The notes under the pieces are model-generated. The model worked only from the letters and a program-made list of their open reading frames with translations. It searched no databases and was not told the DNA's origin. A stretch of 64,000 nucleotides of DNA from the sequence record NZ_CP099764.1; one strand, written 5' to 3'. Made by a program: the position numbers and the translations under genes. Position 1 is the stretch's first letter, and each line of letters begins with the position of its first letter. The DNA comes from a plasmid. Positions 44,148 through 54,268 of this stretch are shown here, one piece after another.

Positions 44148-44700
44148 CGTCTGTTTCCCCGAAATTATCCAGCCAGGTCACCCCGTTTTCCCGCTTCAGA
44201 ATAAGGATGTAATGTTTGATATCAGTGAAAGGTTTTGAATCACCAATCCAGGTTTTAAGCACACCACGAATTTCCACACGGCCATACTGAGGCCAGACAC
44301 GAACACTGGTCTGGAAAAAGGCTGAGTTCACGTTATCGTTTTTAATACGCTTCGCTTCTTCAGCCAGAATAACTTTCATCTGGTTCTGTGCGCCCGGGCG
44401 GATATATTGCAGAAGCGCCTGATGTGAGGCATCGACGGTTTCTGATGAAACATTCAGACGGAGGGCAATAAATGACAGCGCCATCTGCTGTAAATAAGAG
44501 GCGTCGGCACTGTTCTGTGACACGGCAAAGGGGGCATTAAATGCCATTGGCGTCACGGCAGTGCGTTGCTCATTCTGAAGACGGTAGTTATTCACTCCCT
44601 GAATGACGTTAACAGAGAGGCTGAGAACAATAAGCACTGACATAAATATAAAGGCGATGGCCATTACACGACTGGTACTTAAACGGGCACCGTGTTCCAT
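44134..44700 (-). CDS. traE: TraE
   Basis: 188 aa with N-terminal TM segment; synteny. Confidence 0.9.
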   Translation of the reverse strand: MEHGARLSTSRVMAIAFIFMSVLIVLSLSVNVIQGVNNYRLQNEQRTAVTPMAFNAPFAVSQNSADASYLQQMALSFIALRLNVSSETVDASHQALLQYIRPGAQNQMKVILAEEAKRIKNDNVNSAFFQTSVRVWPQYGRVEIRGVLKTWIGDSKPFTDIKHYILILKRENGVTWLDNFGETDDEKK

Positions 44701-44721
44701 ATAACAATCCTGGTATCAGTT

Positions 44722-45033
44722 CTATTTAATCCACTGCCGGAAACACGAATCGGGAACATTATGAAAAATACCGCGCAACAGGGCTGTTGGCATATACCAG
44801 TAAATCAGGTCACGTAACCAGGAACTGCCCCGCCCTTTTTTCAGTTTTTTAATCCCGAAATAAACCAGAACCGCTGCACCAATACCGAACAGATATTTCG
44901 ATGTTGTGATACCCCAGCCAATACAGATTGCTGCGGGGATCAGTTCATCCAGTGGCAGGCCAAACCAGCGGCTCTGGTTGGTCAGTGTTTCCGGGAAACG
45001 ATATTTCTTAAGTTTATTCTCGTCTCCCGACAT
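44722..45033 (-). CDS. traL: TraL
   Basis: 103-aa membrane protein; synteny. Confidence 0.85.
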
Positions 45034-45037
45034 CGTT

Positions 45038-45400
45038 TTATTTCAGGCCAACGACGGCCATACCCACAGCAATAAATACAGAGATGATGGCAAAACCGGC
45101 CAGGAACTTGACGTTTTTGGTCATCATGTACATGACAGCACCGACCAGAACTTCAGCCAGAACAACCCATTTAACAACACTGGAGTCCTTACCGAAGGTC
45201 GCCTTAACCGTGGAGTTACCACTTGCCATCAGGTCCTGACTACCGGAAGCCATCGCCAGTTGCGGGAAGAACATCATCAGAACAGCAGCCGGGAGCACAG
45301 CGCGTACCAGGCGAAGCATATTCAGACGAGTGAATTTAGAAAAAAACGACTTCTTTTTGACGGGCGCAGAAGCACCCTGAACACTTAAAACAGCATTCAT
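45038..45400 (-). CDS. traA: TraA F-propilin
   Basis: [31 protein letters not shown]...[20 protein letters not shown], near-identical to F propilin as recalled. Confidence 0.95.
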
Positions 45401-45432
45401 AAGTTACCTCAATTTCGGATAAATGAATAAAA

Positions 45433-45834
45433 CTAGAGTGTATTAAATGTTATATCTTCCTCTTTATCTGCCTCCCTGAATATCTCCGAGTTATAAAAAT
45501 CAGGAAACTTGATCAAATGATCAATAACTCTGTCTGCAGCCTCATCTGTTTTACACCATCCACTACGATTTTTGGCTGCAATAAGTAGCTGGTTAGTTTC
45601 ATCATCCAGACGCATTGTCAGATACTTAACCAGCGACTTACCATAGATATTCCCTGCCCTGTTAAACTTTGGATAGCGGTGAAGATGATCTTTAAGTCTT
45701 ATTACTGCCTCAAACGATCGACTTCTTCCGCTTCTGTTACTTGCCTCAATTAATAGACTTTCCACATCTAAAGGTAATTTTAGTTTTACCATCTTACCTG
45801 TTGCAGAACGTGTACCAAATCTTTTCAATAACAC
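45433..45834 (-). CDS. traY: TraY (ribbon-helix-helix oriT-binding protein)
   Basis: 133 aa with duplicated RHH; synteny. Confidence 0.9.
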   Translation of the reverse strand: MLLKRFGTRSATGKMVKLKLPLDVESLLIEASNRSGRSRSFEAVIRLKDHLHRYPKFNRAGNIYGKSLVKYLTMRLDDETNQLLIAAKNRSGWCKTDEAADRVIDHLIKFPDFYNSEIFREADKEEDITFNTL

Positions 45835-45926
45835 CTCCCGCTGTTTATCTTCTGGTTACCACTTATGTTTGCAGAATAATCAGAAAAGGTAAATAGACGG
45901 AAAGTCTATATTTTATTAACACTTTA

Positions 45927-46616
45927 TTAACGCGTATTTATGATACACATAGCCTTCTCGTACAAATAATGAATAAACTTTTTATTGTAGAGTAAGATGA
46001 TTAACTCATCTTTATTAGGAACAGAGAAGTAGTCGCATATCAGAGACGCGTGTTTCTTTGATGTGGAGATGGATATGTTTAATATTCTTGCTATAGCATT
46101 ATGACTGATTCCGGTGCTATATAAGTAAAAGACATCATTTACATATGATGATACAGAAGAATCATCACTCATTCTTCTGATTATATTTCTGATATCATCA
46201 CTGACAATCGTTTTTTGATTATAACTGTCTTTATGACGAACATGAGCAGCATCATAAAATTGCCACAGAATAATATTTCTGTGTCCATTAAGAAATGACT
46301 GGACAGAAATTGTCCAGAATCTGTTCTGAATAAAAACATCCTCTACAAGATTAAGATGCGTATGCTCATTCCTATATGCTTCCATCTCTGTGACAGAGAT
46401 CAATTCACAAAAATCTCTCTGCGACAGAAGCCATTTTTCAGCACTTTGATCTTGTGTAAGAAATGACTCATGAAACAGCGTATTGCAAAAAATAAATTTT
46501 CCAGTTTCGTCCCTGATACAGGCTGGATTTGGATAATCCTGAATAACTGCCGTCAGATTTTCCAGCAGATCTATTTGACGAGCATGTTTTTGTTGAATAC
46601 GATCCATCGGATACAT
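45927..46616 (-). CDS. traJ: TraJ transfer activator
   Basis: Start MYPMDRIQQK..., 229 aa; AT-rich codon usage typical of traJ. Confidence 0.9.
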   Translation of the reverse strand: MYPMDRIQQKHARQIDLLENLTAVIQDYPNPACIRDETGKFIFCNTLFHESFLTQDQSAEKWLLSQRDFCELISVTEMEAYRNEHTHLNLVEDVFIQNRFWTISVQSFLNGHRNIILWQFYDAAHVRHKDSYNQKTIVSDDIRNIIRRMSDDSSVSSYVNDVFYLYSTGISHNAIARILNISISTSKKHASLICDYFSVPNKDELIILLYNKKFIHYLYEKAMCIINTR

Positions 46617-46688
46617 AGGAACCTCCTCACAAAGGATTCTATGGACAGTCGATGCAGGGAGTTCACGTCTCCCTGCATCGGCGATTTT
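46610..46688 (+). ncRNA. finP: FinP antisense RNA
   Basis: Antisense to the traJ RBS/start; two stem-loops (catag...ctatg and tgcagggag...ctccctgca) followed by GAUUUUC on the + strand. Confidence 0.6.
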
Positions 46689-46802
46689 CAATTTCAAATT
46701 TTAACGTGGCATTAACCACGTAATTAATATACTAATTATCTTTCGTACTGTCACCTTTTTAAATCATAAAAACTCTGATATTTGAACGAAGTCAATTTTC
46801 TT

Positions 46803-47186
46803 TTATTCATCATCATTTTTTGGAAAAAATCGTTCCATCTCAGATGATACCTTCTCCCTGATATCTTCAACCATATTGGCATATTCAAACTTTGGATTTC
46901 CGGAGACATGAGGACTGAGAGACTCAATACCCAAAATTTTCGCTACTGATGATTGTGTTTTTACAACGTATTCAAGAAGCAATTTATTAAACTCAGTCTG
47001 ATTAAATGCAGACTCTTTACGCTCCATCTGAGCCTCATGTACACGAAGCCCCAGTTCAAGAAGCATTGAAGCTGTTGCTGAAAAACTGACATCTTTTTCC
47101 CTTGCCCCTTCCTGTCGACGCTTCTCAATAATCGCATTTATTTTTTCATAGGCATCATTGCTGATATACAGGTTCACCTTAGCCAT
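46803..47186 (-). CDS. traM: TraM
   Basis: 127 aa MAKVNLYISNDAYEKINAIIEKRRQEGAREKDVSFSATASMLLELGLRVHE... Confidence 0.95.
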   Translation of the reverse strand: MAKVNLYISNDAYEKINAIIEKRRQEGAREKDVSFSATASMLLELGLRVHEAQMERKESAFNQTEFNKLLLEYVVKTQSSVAKILGIESLSPHVSGNPKFEYANMVEDIREKVSSEMERFFPKNDDE

Positions 47187-47189
47187 TAG

Positions 47190-47520
47190 AGATTACCTTT
47201 TTTGAACATAAAATAAAGTTAATTTCGAAACACTAAAATTCATAATGCAAACAGGGACGCACCGCTAGCAGCGCCCCCGGCGGTATCCTATAAAAAAACA
47301 CACCGCGCCGCTAGCAGCACCCCTAATATAAGATGATGTTTTTTATGAAAATAGTCAGTACCACCCCTAAAAAGCGGTGTCGGCGCGGTGTTGTAGCTGC
47401 GCCGACACCGCTTTTTTAAATATCACAAAGAGAGCAAGAAGAACTAATTTGTCATAACTCTCTATTTATAAAGAAAAATCAGCAAAAACTTGTTTTTGCG
47501 TGGGGTGTGGTGCTTTTGGT
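47190..47520. promoter_or_regulatory. oriT: oriT with F-type nic site (GTGGGGTGT|GGTGCTTTT; nick between 47508 and 47509 on the + strand); TraM-binding direct repeats CCGCTAGCAGC at ~47258 and ~47300
   Basis: Sequence tttgcgtggggtgtggtgcttttggtggtgagaaccaccaacc matches the F nic region; repeated gc(a/c)ccgctagcagc(g/a)cccc motifs; location between traM and orf169. Confidence 0.8.
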
Positions 47521-47599
47521 GGTGAGAACCACCAACCTGTTGAGCCTTTTTGTGGAGTGGGTTAAATTATTTACGGATAAAGTCACCAGAGGTGGAAAA

Positions 47600-48109
47600 A
47601 TGAAAAAATGGATGTTAGCCATCTGCCTGATGTTTATAAATGAGATCTGCCAGGCCACTGATTGCTTTGATCTTGCAGGCCGGGATTACAAAATAGATCC
47701 TGATTTACTGAGAGCAATATCATGGAAAGAATCCCGTTACCGAGTTAATGCCATCGGTATTAATCCGGTAACGGGATATGGCAGCGGACTGATGCAGGTA
47801 GATTCCCAGCATTTTAACGAACTGGCCCGCTACGGAATTAAGCCAGAACATCTGACAACAGATCCCTGCATGAACATTTATACCGGTGCTTATTATCTGG
47901 CAATAGCATTTAAAAAATGGGGCGTCACCTGGGAGGCCGTTGGTGCATACAATGCCGGATTCAGGAAAACCGAACGCCAGAACCAGAGACGTCTTGCCTA
48001 CGCATCAGATGTTTACCGGATTTATACTGGGATAAAAAGCAGTAAAGGTATCCGGCTTCCGGCCACGAAGAAATCACTTCCGGAAATTAACAGCGTGCAG
48101 AACAATTAA
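47600..48109 (+). CDS. orf169/geneX lytic transglycosylase (P19-like)
   Basis: 169 aa from [47 protein letters not shown] (SLT-domain catalytic ES motif). Confidence 0.85.
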   Translation: MKKWMLAICLMFINEICQATDCFDLAGRDYKIDPDLLRAISWKESRYRVNAIGINPVTGYGSGLMQVDSQHFNELARYGIKPEHLTTDPCMNIYTGAYYLAIAFKKWGVTWEAVGAYNAGFRKTERQNQRRLAYASDVYRIYTGIKSSKGIRLPATKKSLPEINSVQNN

Positions 48110-48405
48110 TCTTACAGACATTGTCAGATACCGGTTATGCCGCAAAAGCGGCATGGAAGGCCACACACAAAAATATCATATGAGTGACAATACTGACTGG
48201 CCGAAGCCCCGCGAAGCGGGAACCCATCTTATATATACCCGGTAACTGCGCAGCCTCCTGCCAGACCATCTTTCGCGGGCACAATATTTACAGACAACCG
48301 GAAAGCCGGTTGATGAAATTGAGGTATATCAGACGACACAGCAATGCCGAAAAATGATAATATAAGTAAAGCCCCGAAAATTTTTCCGGGGCTTTACTTA
48401 TATTA

Positions 48406-49227
48406 TCATGACTTCCACTTTCTGAACTGTTCGGCAATCACCCATAACGCCTTGTTGATTCTTATATCACCATCAATACCTGTAATGGCTCTTGTCCTAG
48501 TATTTTTCCCGGAGGCACTTCGCCCCGATAATCCACCTTTTATCATATTCTCCTGAACCCGCTGCCAGGTTGTCCAGAGATCGTTCTGTTTGTCTTCCCG
48601 ACGACGGGGAGTAATTATCTGTTCAGGTGTCACTGGCGTTTTATTTTCATCTTCATACCTGACCATCAGTGCAGCTCTGCCAAATAAATGTTGCTCGTCA
48701 CTGTTAAGATGAATTTCTTTCATCGCCTCCATATTATCAGTGACCTTATCAAAGACACCGAGCACTTCATACGCTCCCTCGATAACCTGCCCGACAATAT
48801 CACCTTTATGTGGAGCGCGGATTTCGCCAAAATTATTTCCGCACACCAGGCCATTTGTGCAGACAAAACGAAAAATTCCGGGGATCATCTGATAACTGGA
48901 TGAACCATCATGTGAATTAAGCAGGATAATTTCAGGAACTTCCTGTCCGTTAATATGCCCTTCCCTGCGAAGACGTAACATATGTTTACTGTATTCGCGA
49001 CGTCCCAAATCACGAACCCGACTCTGATAGGCAAAGAATGGCTGGAAACCTTCATCACGTAACTTATTGATGATATTGATTGTTGGAATATACGTATAAT
49101 GTTCACTCCGGGACTCATGTTTATCACCGGAAAATACCGAAGGCACGAACTGCATTAATTCATCATCCGTTAAAGGACTTTCACGGCGGATGGAATTATA
49201 CCGACCAAAACGGGAAGCTAATCGCAT
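48406..49227 (-). CDS. DUF932-family leading-region protein (F orf273-like)
   Basis: 273 aa, the same length and position as orf273 of the F leading region. Confidence 0.7.
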   Translation of the reverse strand: MRLASRFGRYNSIRRESPLTDDELMQFVPSVFSGDKHESRSEHYTYIPTINIINKLRDEGFQPFFAYQSRVRDLGRREYSKHMLRLRREGHINGQEVPEIILLNSHDGSSSYQMIPGIFRFVCTNGLVCGNNFGEIRAPHKGDIVGQVIEGAYEVLGVFDKVTDNMEAMKEIHLNSDEQHLFGRAALMVRYEDENKTPVTPEQIITPRRREDKQNDLWTTWQRVQENMIKGGLSGRSASGKNTRTRAITGIDGDIRINKALWVIAEQFRKWKS

Positions 49228-49353
49228 AACAGCTACTCCTTTATGAAAGAATAAATTTAATAAAAAATTTTTCCGCTTAATATCATCCCCCCCCGATCTC
49301 TATTAACAAGATTGCAACAATCAGGAGGGATATTCATCACATCCGGTCAGCAG

Positions 49354-49640
49354 ATCGCCCGGATATCGAGGCCGGCACGCTTAATCTGACGCAGGAACTG
49401 TTTGAAGTGATCGGCTTCCGCAATGTTGATATGGCGGAACTGCTTATCCACACCCTGACTGAGCGCGTAGCTATAACTGAAGGCCATCTTTTCCGGGTGG
49501 CTTTTGCGATATTTTTTCAGCTCAGTCAGGCTGCTGAATTCCAGGACGTCCCACTCTTCCCCGGTGTTTTTTTCTTCCCGGCAACAAGAAGCGTGTACGA
49601 CGCGGTGTTAACGTGGATATTTCGGGTACTCATCCTGCTT
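49354..49640 (-). pseudogene. small leading-region gene interrupted by a frameshift at an A7 tract
   Basis: ATG at 49640 with GAGGAGA SD reads MSTRNIHVNTASYTLLVAGKKK then stops after 35 aa; a second frame continues ...EEWDVLEFSSLTELKKYRKSHPEKMAFSYSYALSQGVDKQFRHINIAEADHFKQFLRQIKRAGLDIRAIC to 49354. Confidence 0.4.
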
Positions 49641-49654
49641 TCTCCTCTATCTGG

Positions 49655-50283
49655 TTTTCAGCCCCCATCATCTGTTGAGTTTCGGGAGCCGCGGTTTTGA
49701 CGTTTTGCGGGGACCTGCCTTTTGTTCCCTCCGGTATTCACCATCACCTGTTTGAGAACCTTCGCCGCATGGGGCATCACTGCCACGGCCGGAAACGACT
49801 GTCCGGGGGCAGACCGCAAAAGTTTTTGCCTGCTTCTGGGCAAAAACTTTTGCGGGATGTGCATTTCACCCCTGGACTGGCGGAGACGGTTGTGGCTGTC
49901 TATGCCCCCGGCGACAGGGGCTTAAACAGGTGAATGGCACCGGACACAACAACGGGCAGGGACCCGCCGCAACGACGTGAAGCGCGGTTTGCGAAACGGC
50001 GTTGCGCCTTACATCCCGGCGGCCTTTTGCCGGGATGCCAGGAGCGCAGGCCACGGCGCGACAGAGGCGGCGCGACCGGAACGGTCGCTGCAAGCCCGGG
50101 GTTTTCACGCATCGGACCGTAGCGACAGCCCGAAACCGCGCCAGCGGGTTCGGCGGAGACTGGCAGGTGCGCCAGCAGCTGCCTGTCGGAGTCGGGCCTG
50201 ACGACCGGATGCCGCCAGGCAGCCGGGAGCCGAAGGTGCGCCGGCAGACAGGACAACACTGCAGTAGTCAGAATCAGAGCAGG
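49655..50283 (+). repeat. leading-region repeat copy A (Frpo/ssi-like element with long palindrome)
   Basis: ~630 bp near-identical to 56431-57063 and, in its 3' half, to 60050-60385; contains the inverted repeat ccgcaaaagtttttgcc...ggcaaaaacttttgcgg. Confidence 0.6.
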
Positions 50284-50553
50284 AAGAAAAAGAGAATAAT
50301 CACAGGGAAGGTGATGTGATTTCTGACAAGCCATAACCAGAGAAGGCGGGGGAAAAGAACGGGCGCCGCAGGCGCGCGTTCATCCCCGTTCCTGAAGGGA
50401 AACGACCTTCCTGAAGTCAGGTTGTTCATGCCCGTACAACATCAGCAAGGAGAAAGGGGCTACCGGCGAACCAGCAGCCCCTTTATAAAGGCGCTTCAGT
50501 AGTCAGACCAGCATCAGTCCTGAAAAGGCGGGCCTGCGCCCGCCTCCAGGTTG

Positions 50554-50712
50554 CTACTTACCGGATTCGTAAGCCATGAAAGCCGCCACCTCCCTGTGTC
50601 CGTCTCTGTAACGAATCTCGCACAGCGATTTTCGTGTCAGATAAGTGAATATCAACAGTGTGAGACACACGATCAACACACACCAGACAAGGGAACTTCG
50701 TGGTAGTTTCAT
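50554..50712 (-). CDS. hok: Hok toxin (FlmA-like)
   Basis: [52 protein letters not shown] matches Hok of R1/F as recalled. Confidence 0.85.
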   Translation of the reverse strand: MKLPRSSLVWCVLIVCLTLLIFTYLTRKSLCEIRYRDGHREVAAFMAYESGK

Positions 50713-50770
50713 GGCCTTCTTCTCCTTGCGCAAAGCGCGGTAAGAGGCTATCCTGATGTGGACTAGACAT
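50558..50770 (-). CDS. mok: Mok (modulator of killing) overlapping reading frame
   Basis: 70-aa frame [26 protein letters not shown]... overlapping hok. Confidence 0.6.
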   Translation of the reverse strand: MSSPHQDSLLPRFAQGEEGHETTTKFPCLVCVDRVSHTVDIHLSDTKIAVRDSLQRRTQGGGGFHGLRIR

Positions 50771-50811
50771 AGGGATGCCTCGTGGTGTACTGACCCCAAA
50801 AAGTTGGACAG

Positions 50812-51663
50812 TTAAACACGAGGCATATAGGTCTGATTCCGATATTCAATTGGAGTCAGACCTTTTAATTTCAGGCTAATTCTTCTGCTGTTGTAGTATT
50901 CAATATATTCCGTAACAGCATCCTTCAGTTCGCTTATATTACTGAACTCATCAAGATAAAAACACTCCGACTTTAAGGTTCCAAAGAAACACTCCACCAC
51001 AGCATTATCCAGACAATTGCCTTTTCTGGACATGCTTTGTTTAATACCATGTTCTTTAAGGATATTTTGATATCTTCTCATACGATACTGCCATCCCTGG
51101 TCAGAGTGCAGAACAGGATGCTCGTGAGGATTAAGCTTTTTGAATGCCTGATCGAGCATATTCTCAACCATGTTCATCACTGGTCTTTCCGAAAGGCTGT
51201 AAGAAATAACTTCGTTGTTGAAGAGATCTATTACTGGAGACAAATACAGCTTGCGCCCATTGACTGCAAATTCAGTAACATCGGTAACCCACTTCTCGTT
51301 TGGCCGCGTAGCCTTGAAATCTCTTTGGAGAACATTAGGGGCGGTTTGCCCTACCTCTCCTCTGTAAGAGCGGTATCGCTTGACCTTAATCGCTGCTTTA
51401 AGTGAGAGGGTTCCCATCAGGCGCTGAACAGCTTTATGGTTAATCTGTTTCCCTTCTCGATGAAGAGACAGCGTTACCCTACGGTATCCGTATCGGCCTC
51501 TATTCTCGTGATAAATCTCACTAATACGCTTTTTAACGTCCGCATACTTGTCAGGCTTGCTGAGAGCCTTTAGATGATAATAAAACGTACTGCGCGGTAT
51601 CTCCGCAGCCCTGAGAAGCTCATCAAGAGGATAAAACTGCCTTAGCTCGTTGAGTACTTTCAC
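50812..51663 (-). CDS. insK: IS150 OrfB (DDE transposase/integrase domain)
   Basis: 283 aa; matches IS150 InsK as recalled. Confidence 0.9.
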
Positions 51664-52181
51664 TTTTTCGTGGGATGAGCTAAGGCTTTCAGCTTTTTTA
51701 GATACATAAGCCGCGTTTCAAGAAATCGAACTTGCCTTTCAAGATCCTCAATGCGTCGGTCTTTTGACAGCTCCAATGCTGATGCCGCTTTTTCTGGATC
51801 AACTGATATTGCAATGTTTCTTTTGGTGCCAATCTTGAGCGCGCGTAAACCAGCTTCTCCGCGCTCTTCATAGACCTTCAGCCACCTGGCTACAGAACCA
51901 CTACCAGCAAGCATAAAGTGAGCAGCAGCCTGATTAAGGGACATGTGCTGCTCGATCACAGCTTTCACGACCTTAATACGCAACTCTGGATCAGCACTAA
52001 CGCCTTTAGGTTTGGGAATTAAACCTTTTTCTCCATGTTTTTCATAGAGGGCAACCCATGTCCTGACCTGGGTTCGGGGGACACCAAAACGTGCCGAGAT
52101 GATCCTGTAACCATCATCAGTTGTGAAGTAGTGATTCACGACTTCAAGGCGCTTTTCAAAAGGGTATTTTGGCTTTGACAT
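51660..52181 (-). CDS. insJ: IS150 OrfA (HTH)
   Basis: 173 aa MSKPKYPFEKRLEVVNHYFTTDDGYRIISARFGVPRTQVRTW...; 4-nt overlap with orfB, typical of the IS3-family frameshift window. Confidence 0.9.
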   Translation of the reverse strand: MSKPKYPFEKRLEVVNHYFTTDDGYRIISARFGVPRTQVRTWVALYEKHGEKGLIPKPKGVSADPELRIKVVKAVIEQHMSLNQAAAHFMLAGSGSVARWLKVYEERGEAGLRALKIGTKRNIAISVDPEKAASALELSKDRRIEDLERQVRFLETRLMYLKKLKALAHPTKK

Positions 52182-52228
52182 ATTAGGGGCTATTCCATTT
52201 CATCGTCCAACAAAATGGGTGCAGTACA

Positions 52229-52365
52229 TAATGAAAATTAACTTACTACGGGGCTATCTTCTTTCTGCCACACAACACGGCAACAAACCACCTTCACGTC
52301 ATGAGGCAGAAAGCCTCAAGCGCCGGGCACATCATAGCCCATATACCTGCACGCTGACCACACTC
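52229..52365 (-). promoter_or_regulatory. displaced hok promoter and 5' mRNA leader (tac/ucb region), separated from mok/hok by IS150
   Basis: Minus-strand sequence ggcgcttgaggctttctgcctcatgacgtgaaggtggtttgttgccgtgttgtgtggcagaaagaagatagccccgtagtaagttaattttcatta matches the 5' end of hok mRNA as recalled, ending exactly at the IS150 junction. Confidence 0.6.
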
Positions 52366-52430
52366 ACTTTCCCTGAAAATAATCCGCTCATTCAGACCGT
52401 TCACGGGAAATCCGTGTGATTGTTGCCGCA

Positions 52431-53150
52431 TCACGCTGCCTCCCGGAGTTTGTTCGGCACCATCCACCGCTCCATCTCACGAACAGCATGACCGACCACC
52501 CTTGCCGCCATACCAGCCTCTGCGATGACCTGCCAGAATGGCATATCCTGCCACTGCCAGCGTTCCATTCCGGCCAGTGACGGAAAACGCTCGCCCCACT
52601 GCCAGAACAGGGTTTCCAGGTCATGCTCTGCCACCCGGTCACTCCAGCGTGCATGCCAGCTTCCGACTGTTTCCGGCGAATGGAATGCCAGTTCGATTTC
52701 AGCCTGAGCGACCAGCGCCTGGTACGCACGGGCTTTCTGCTCTGCCTCCCTCGCCTGCTGGCGGCTGTACTTCTGCATGACCAGCGCGGATTTATGGCGA
52801 CTGCGTTCCCTGACACGAAACCGCACCGACGGGAACAAGCGCTCTGCTGCATCACCGGGAAGGGGAAGGAGGCAGACCTCGCCCTGTGTTTCAATCAGCA
52901 CATCGATGGCATACAGCCACTGAAGACGGTTGCCGTGCAGTTCTTCTGCGGTCAGGGACGGCATGAAAAATCGCAGGTCAGACAGCGATATCCTGCGGCT
53001 TCCGTTCAGACAGCGGAAAAACGCCCCCGCATACGGATATTCAGCCAGCGTGTTACCCTGATGGCGGCGTTTTTCGGTCTCCGCCACCGCCCGCCATGCG
53101 GCCTGTTGCTCTGTGCTGAGAGGAACCAGTGCCTGTGAACGTGCGCTCAT
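52431..53150 (-). CDS. psiA: PsiA
   Basis: 239 aa immediately downstream of psiB with a 4-nt overlap; synteny with the F leading region. Confidence 0.8.
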   Translation of the reverse strand: MSARSQALVPLSTEQQAAWRAVAETEKRRHQGNTLAEYPYAGAFFRCLNGSRRISLSDLRFFMPSLTAEELHGNRLQWLYAIDVLIETQGEVCLLPLPGDAAERLFPSVRFRVRERSRHKSALVMQKYSRQQAREAEQKARAYQALVAQAEIELAFHSPETVGSWHARWSDRVAEHDLETLFWQWGERFPSLAGMERWQWQDMPFWQVIAEAGMAARVVGHAVREMERWMVPNKLREAA

Positions 53151-53584
53151 GCCTGACCTCCTTCCGCCATCAGGATATGGATGATGTCACTGACGCTGTA
53201 CCCCTGCGCGTCCAGTGACGCTGCCAGTGCCAGTGAATGGCTGACGGCTTCCGGTGCAAACCGCCGCTGCACCTGAACCACCGCAAACGGCTCACCACCG
53301 GCATTCACCAGAACCAGCACCCAGACCTGAGAGACATCGCCCGGTGAACATAACGCCAGGTGAAAACGTTCGTGGGCAGGCGTGAAACGGACCTGGACGG
53401 GGAAAAAGCCGCCAAACTCGCTGCCGTACTCGCCGTTCATCGTCCAGTTATCCGGCACATCCAGCTCCCGCATCACGGCGTGAGTCAGTTCACGGCGTTC
53501 ATCACTTCCGGCAGCCCGGATATCTTCATATTCCTGTGCGTTCATGGTCTGCAGGACATTCAGGGTCAGTTCAGTTTTCATCAC
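53147..53584 (-). CDS. psiB: PsiB (plasmid SOS inhibition)
   Basis: 145 aa [66 protein letters not shown]... matches PsiB as recalled. Confidence 0.9.
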   Translation of the reverse strand: MMKTELTLNVLQTMNAQEYEDIRAAGSDERRELTHAVMRELDVPDNWTMNGEYGSEFGGFFPVQVRFTPAHERFHLALCSPGDVSQVWVLVLVNAGGEPFAVVQVQRRFAPEAVSHSLALAASLDAQGYSVSDIIHILMAEGGQA

Positions 53585-53635
53585 GGTATCTCCCTTGCTG
53601 CCGCCCCGTCTCCGGCGGGGCGGTGTGGTTTTTCA

Positions 53636-54259
53636 TCAGGCGGCATCAGCCAGGTTATCGGTGCGTTCAGTGGCATCCGTCTGTGGGCGTGGTGCACACA
53701 TCCAGCCAGGCACCCAGCGGTTGTCTTTCATGTGGAACTCTGCATGTTCAGCCGCATCGCCTTTCTTCATCTTCTCCGCGTCCCGTGCAGCACCGGACAG
53801 GCCGGCCTCATTCAGAGCTGCGATAATCTGCGGCTTTTTCAGGTGTCCGAAGAAGTTTGCTTTTGTCGGCTGCCACCAGTCGCGCATGTGGAATCCGATA
53901 GCGGTTTCCAGCGGGTCAAGCGGACTGCGTGACGAGTGACCACACTCGCGGGTCTGAACGCCGTGGATGCTGCACGCAGTGCAGAAACTGAGCAGGGATA
54001 ACAGCACCTCCTGGCTGAGTGACAGGAACGTCGTCATGTCCCGTGACCATCCCTCCGGTAACAGGGCTGCAAGACGGGCTTTTTCTGCCATCAGCGCCAT
54101 GAATGCGGCACCTTCCTTCCCCGATGGCGCATCGCTGGTCAGCGCATAATGCTCACATTCCAGACGAATTTTTGCGGGATTGCTGTACGCCCCGCTACCA
54201 AACACATTCAGGCAGAGCGTCCATGCCAGCAGTGCCAGAGATTTGTCCGGCTGTTGCAT
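53636..54259 (-). CDS. conserved leading-region protein of unknown function
   Basis: 207-aa ORF between the parB-like gene and psiB. Confidence 0.55.
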   Translation of the reverse strand: MQQPDKSLALLAWTLCLNVFGSGAYSNPAKIRLECEHYALTSDAPSGKEGAAFMALMAEKARLAALLPEGWSRDMTTFLSLSQEVLLSLLSFCTACSIHGVQTRECGHSSRSPLDPLETAIGFHMRDWWQPTKANFFGHLKKPQIIAALNEAGLSGAARDAEKMKKGDAAEHAEFHMKDNRWVPGWMCAPRPQTDATERTDNLADAA

Positions 54260-54268
54260 AAGCGCCGC

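Larger units (their letters stand above)
50786..52228 (-). mobile_element. IS150 (IS3 family), complete 1443-bp copy
   Basis: Terminal inverted repeats TGTACTGACCCCAAAAAGTTGGACAG (left) and the complement of TGTACTGCACCCATTTTGTTGGACG (right); orfA 173 aa and orfB 283 aa matching InsJ/InsK; length 1443 bp. Confidence 0.9.

Noticed and set aside
49722-50334. Multiple 60-145 aa ORFs on both strands inside repeat copy A (and equivalents in copies B and C)
   Set aside because: They occur on both strands within a GC-rich palindromic repeat. They are Arg/Pro/Gly-rich and lack starts with an SD, so they are most likely non-coding.
50786-52228. A 3-bp target-site duplication for IS150
   Set aside because: The flanking triplets are tgg and taa, not identical. 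I therefore report the insertion without a TSD and suggest a possible small associated deletion.
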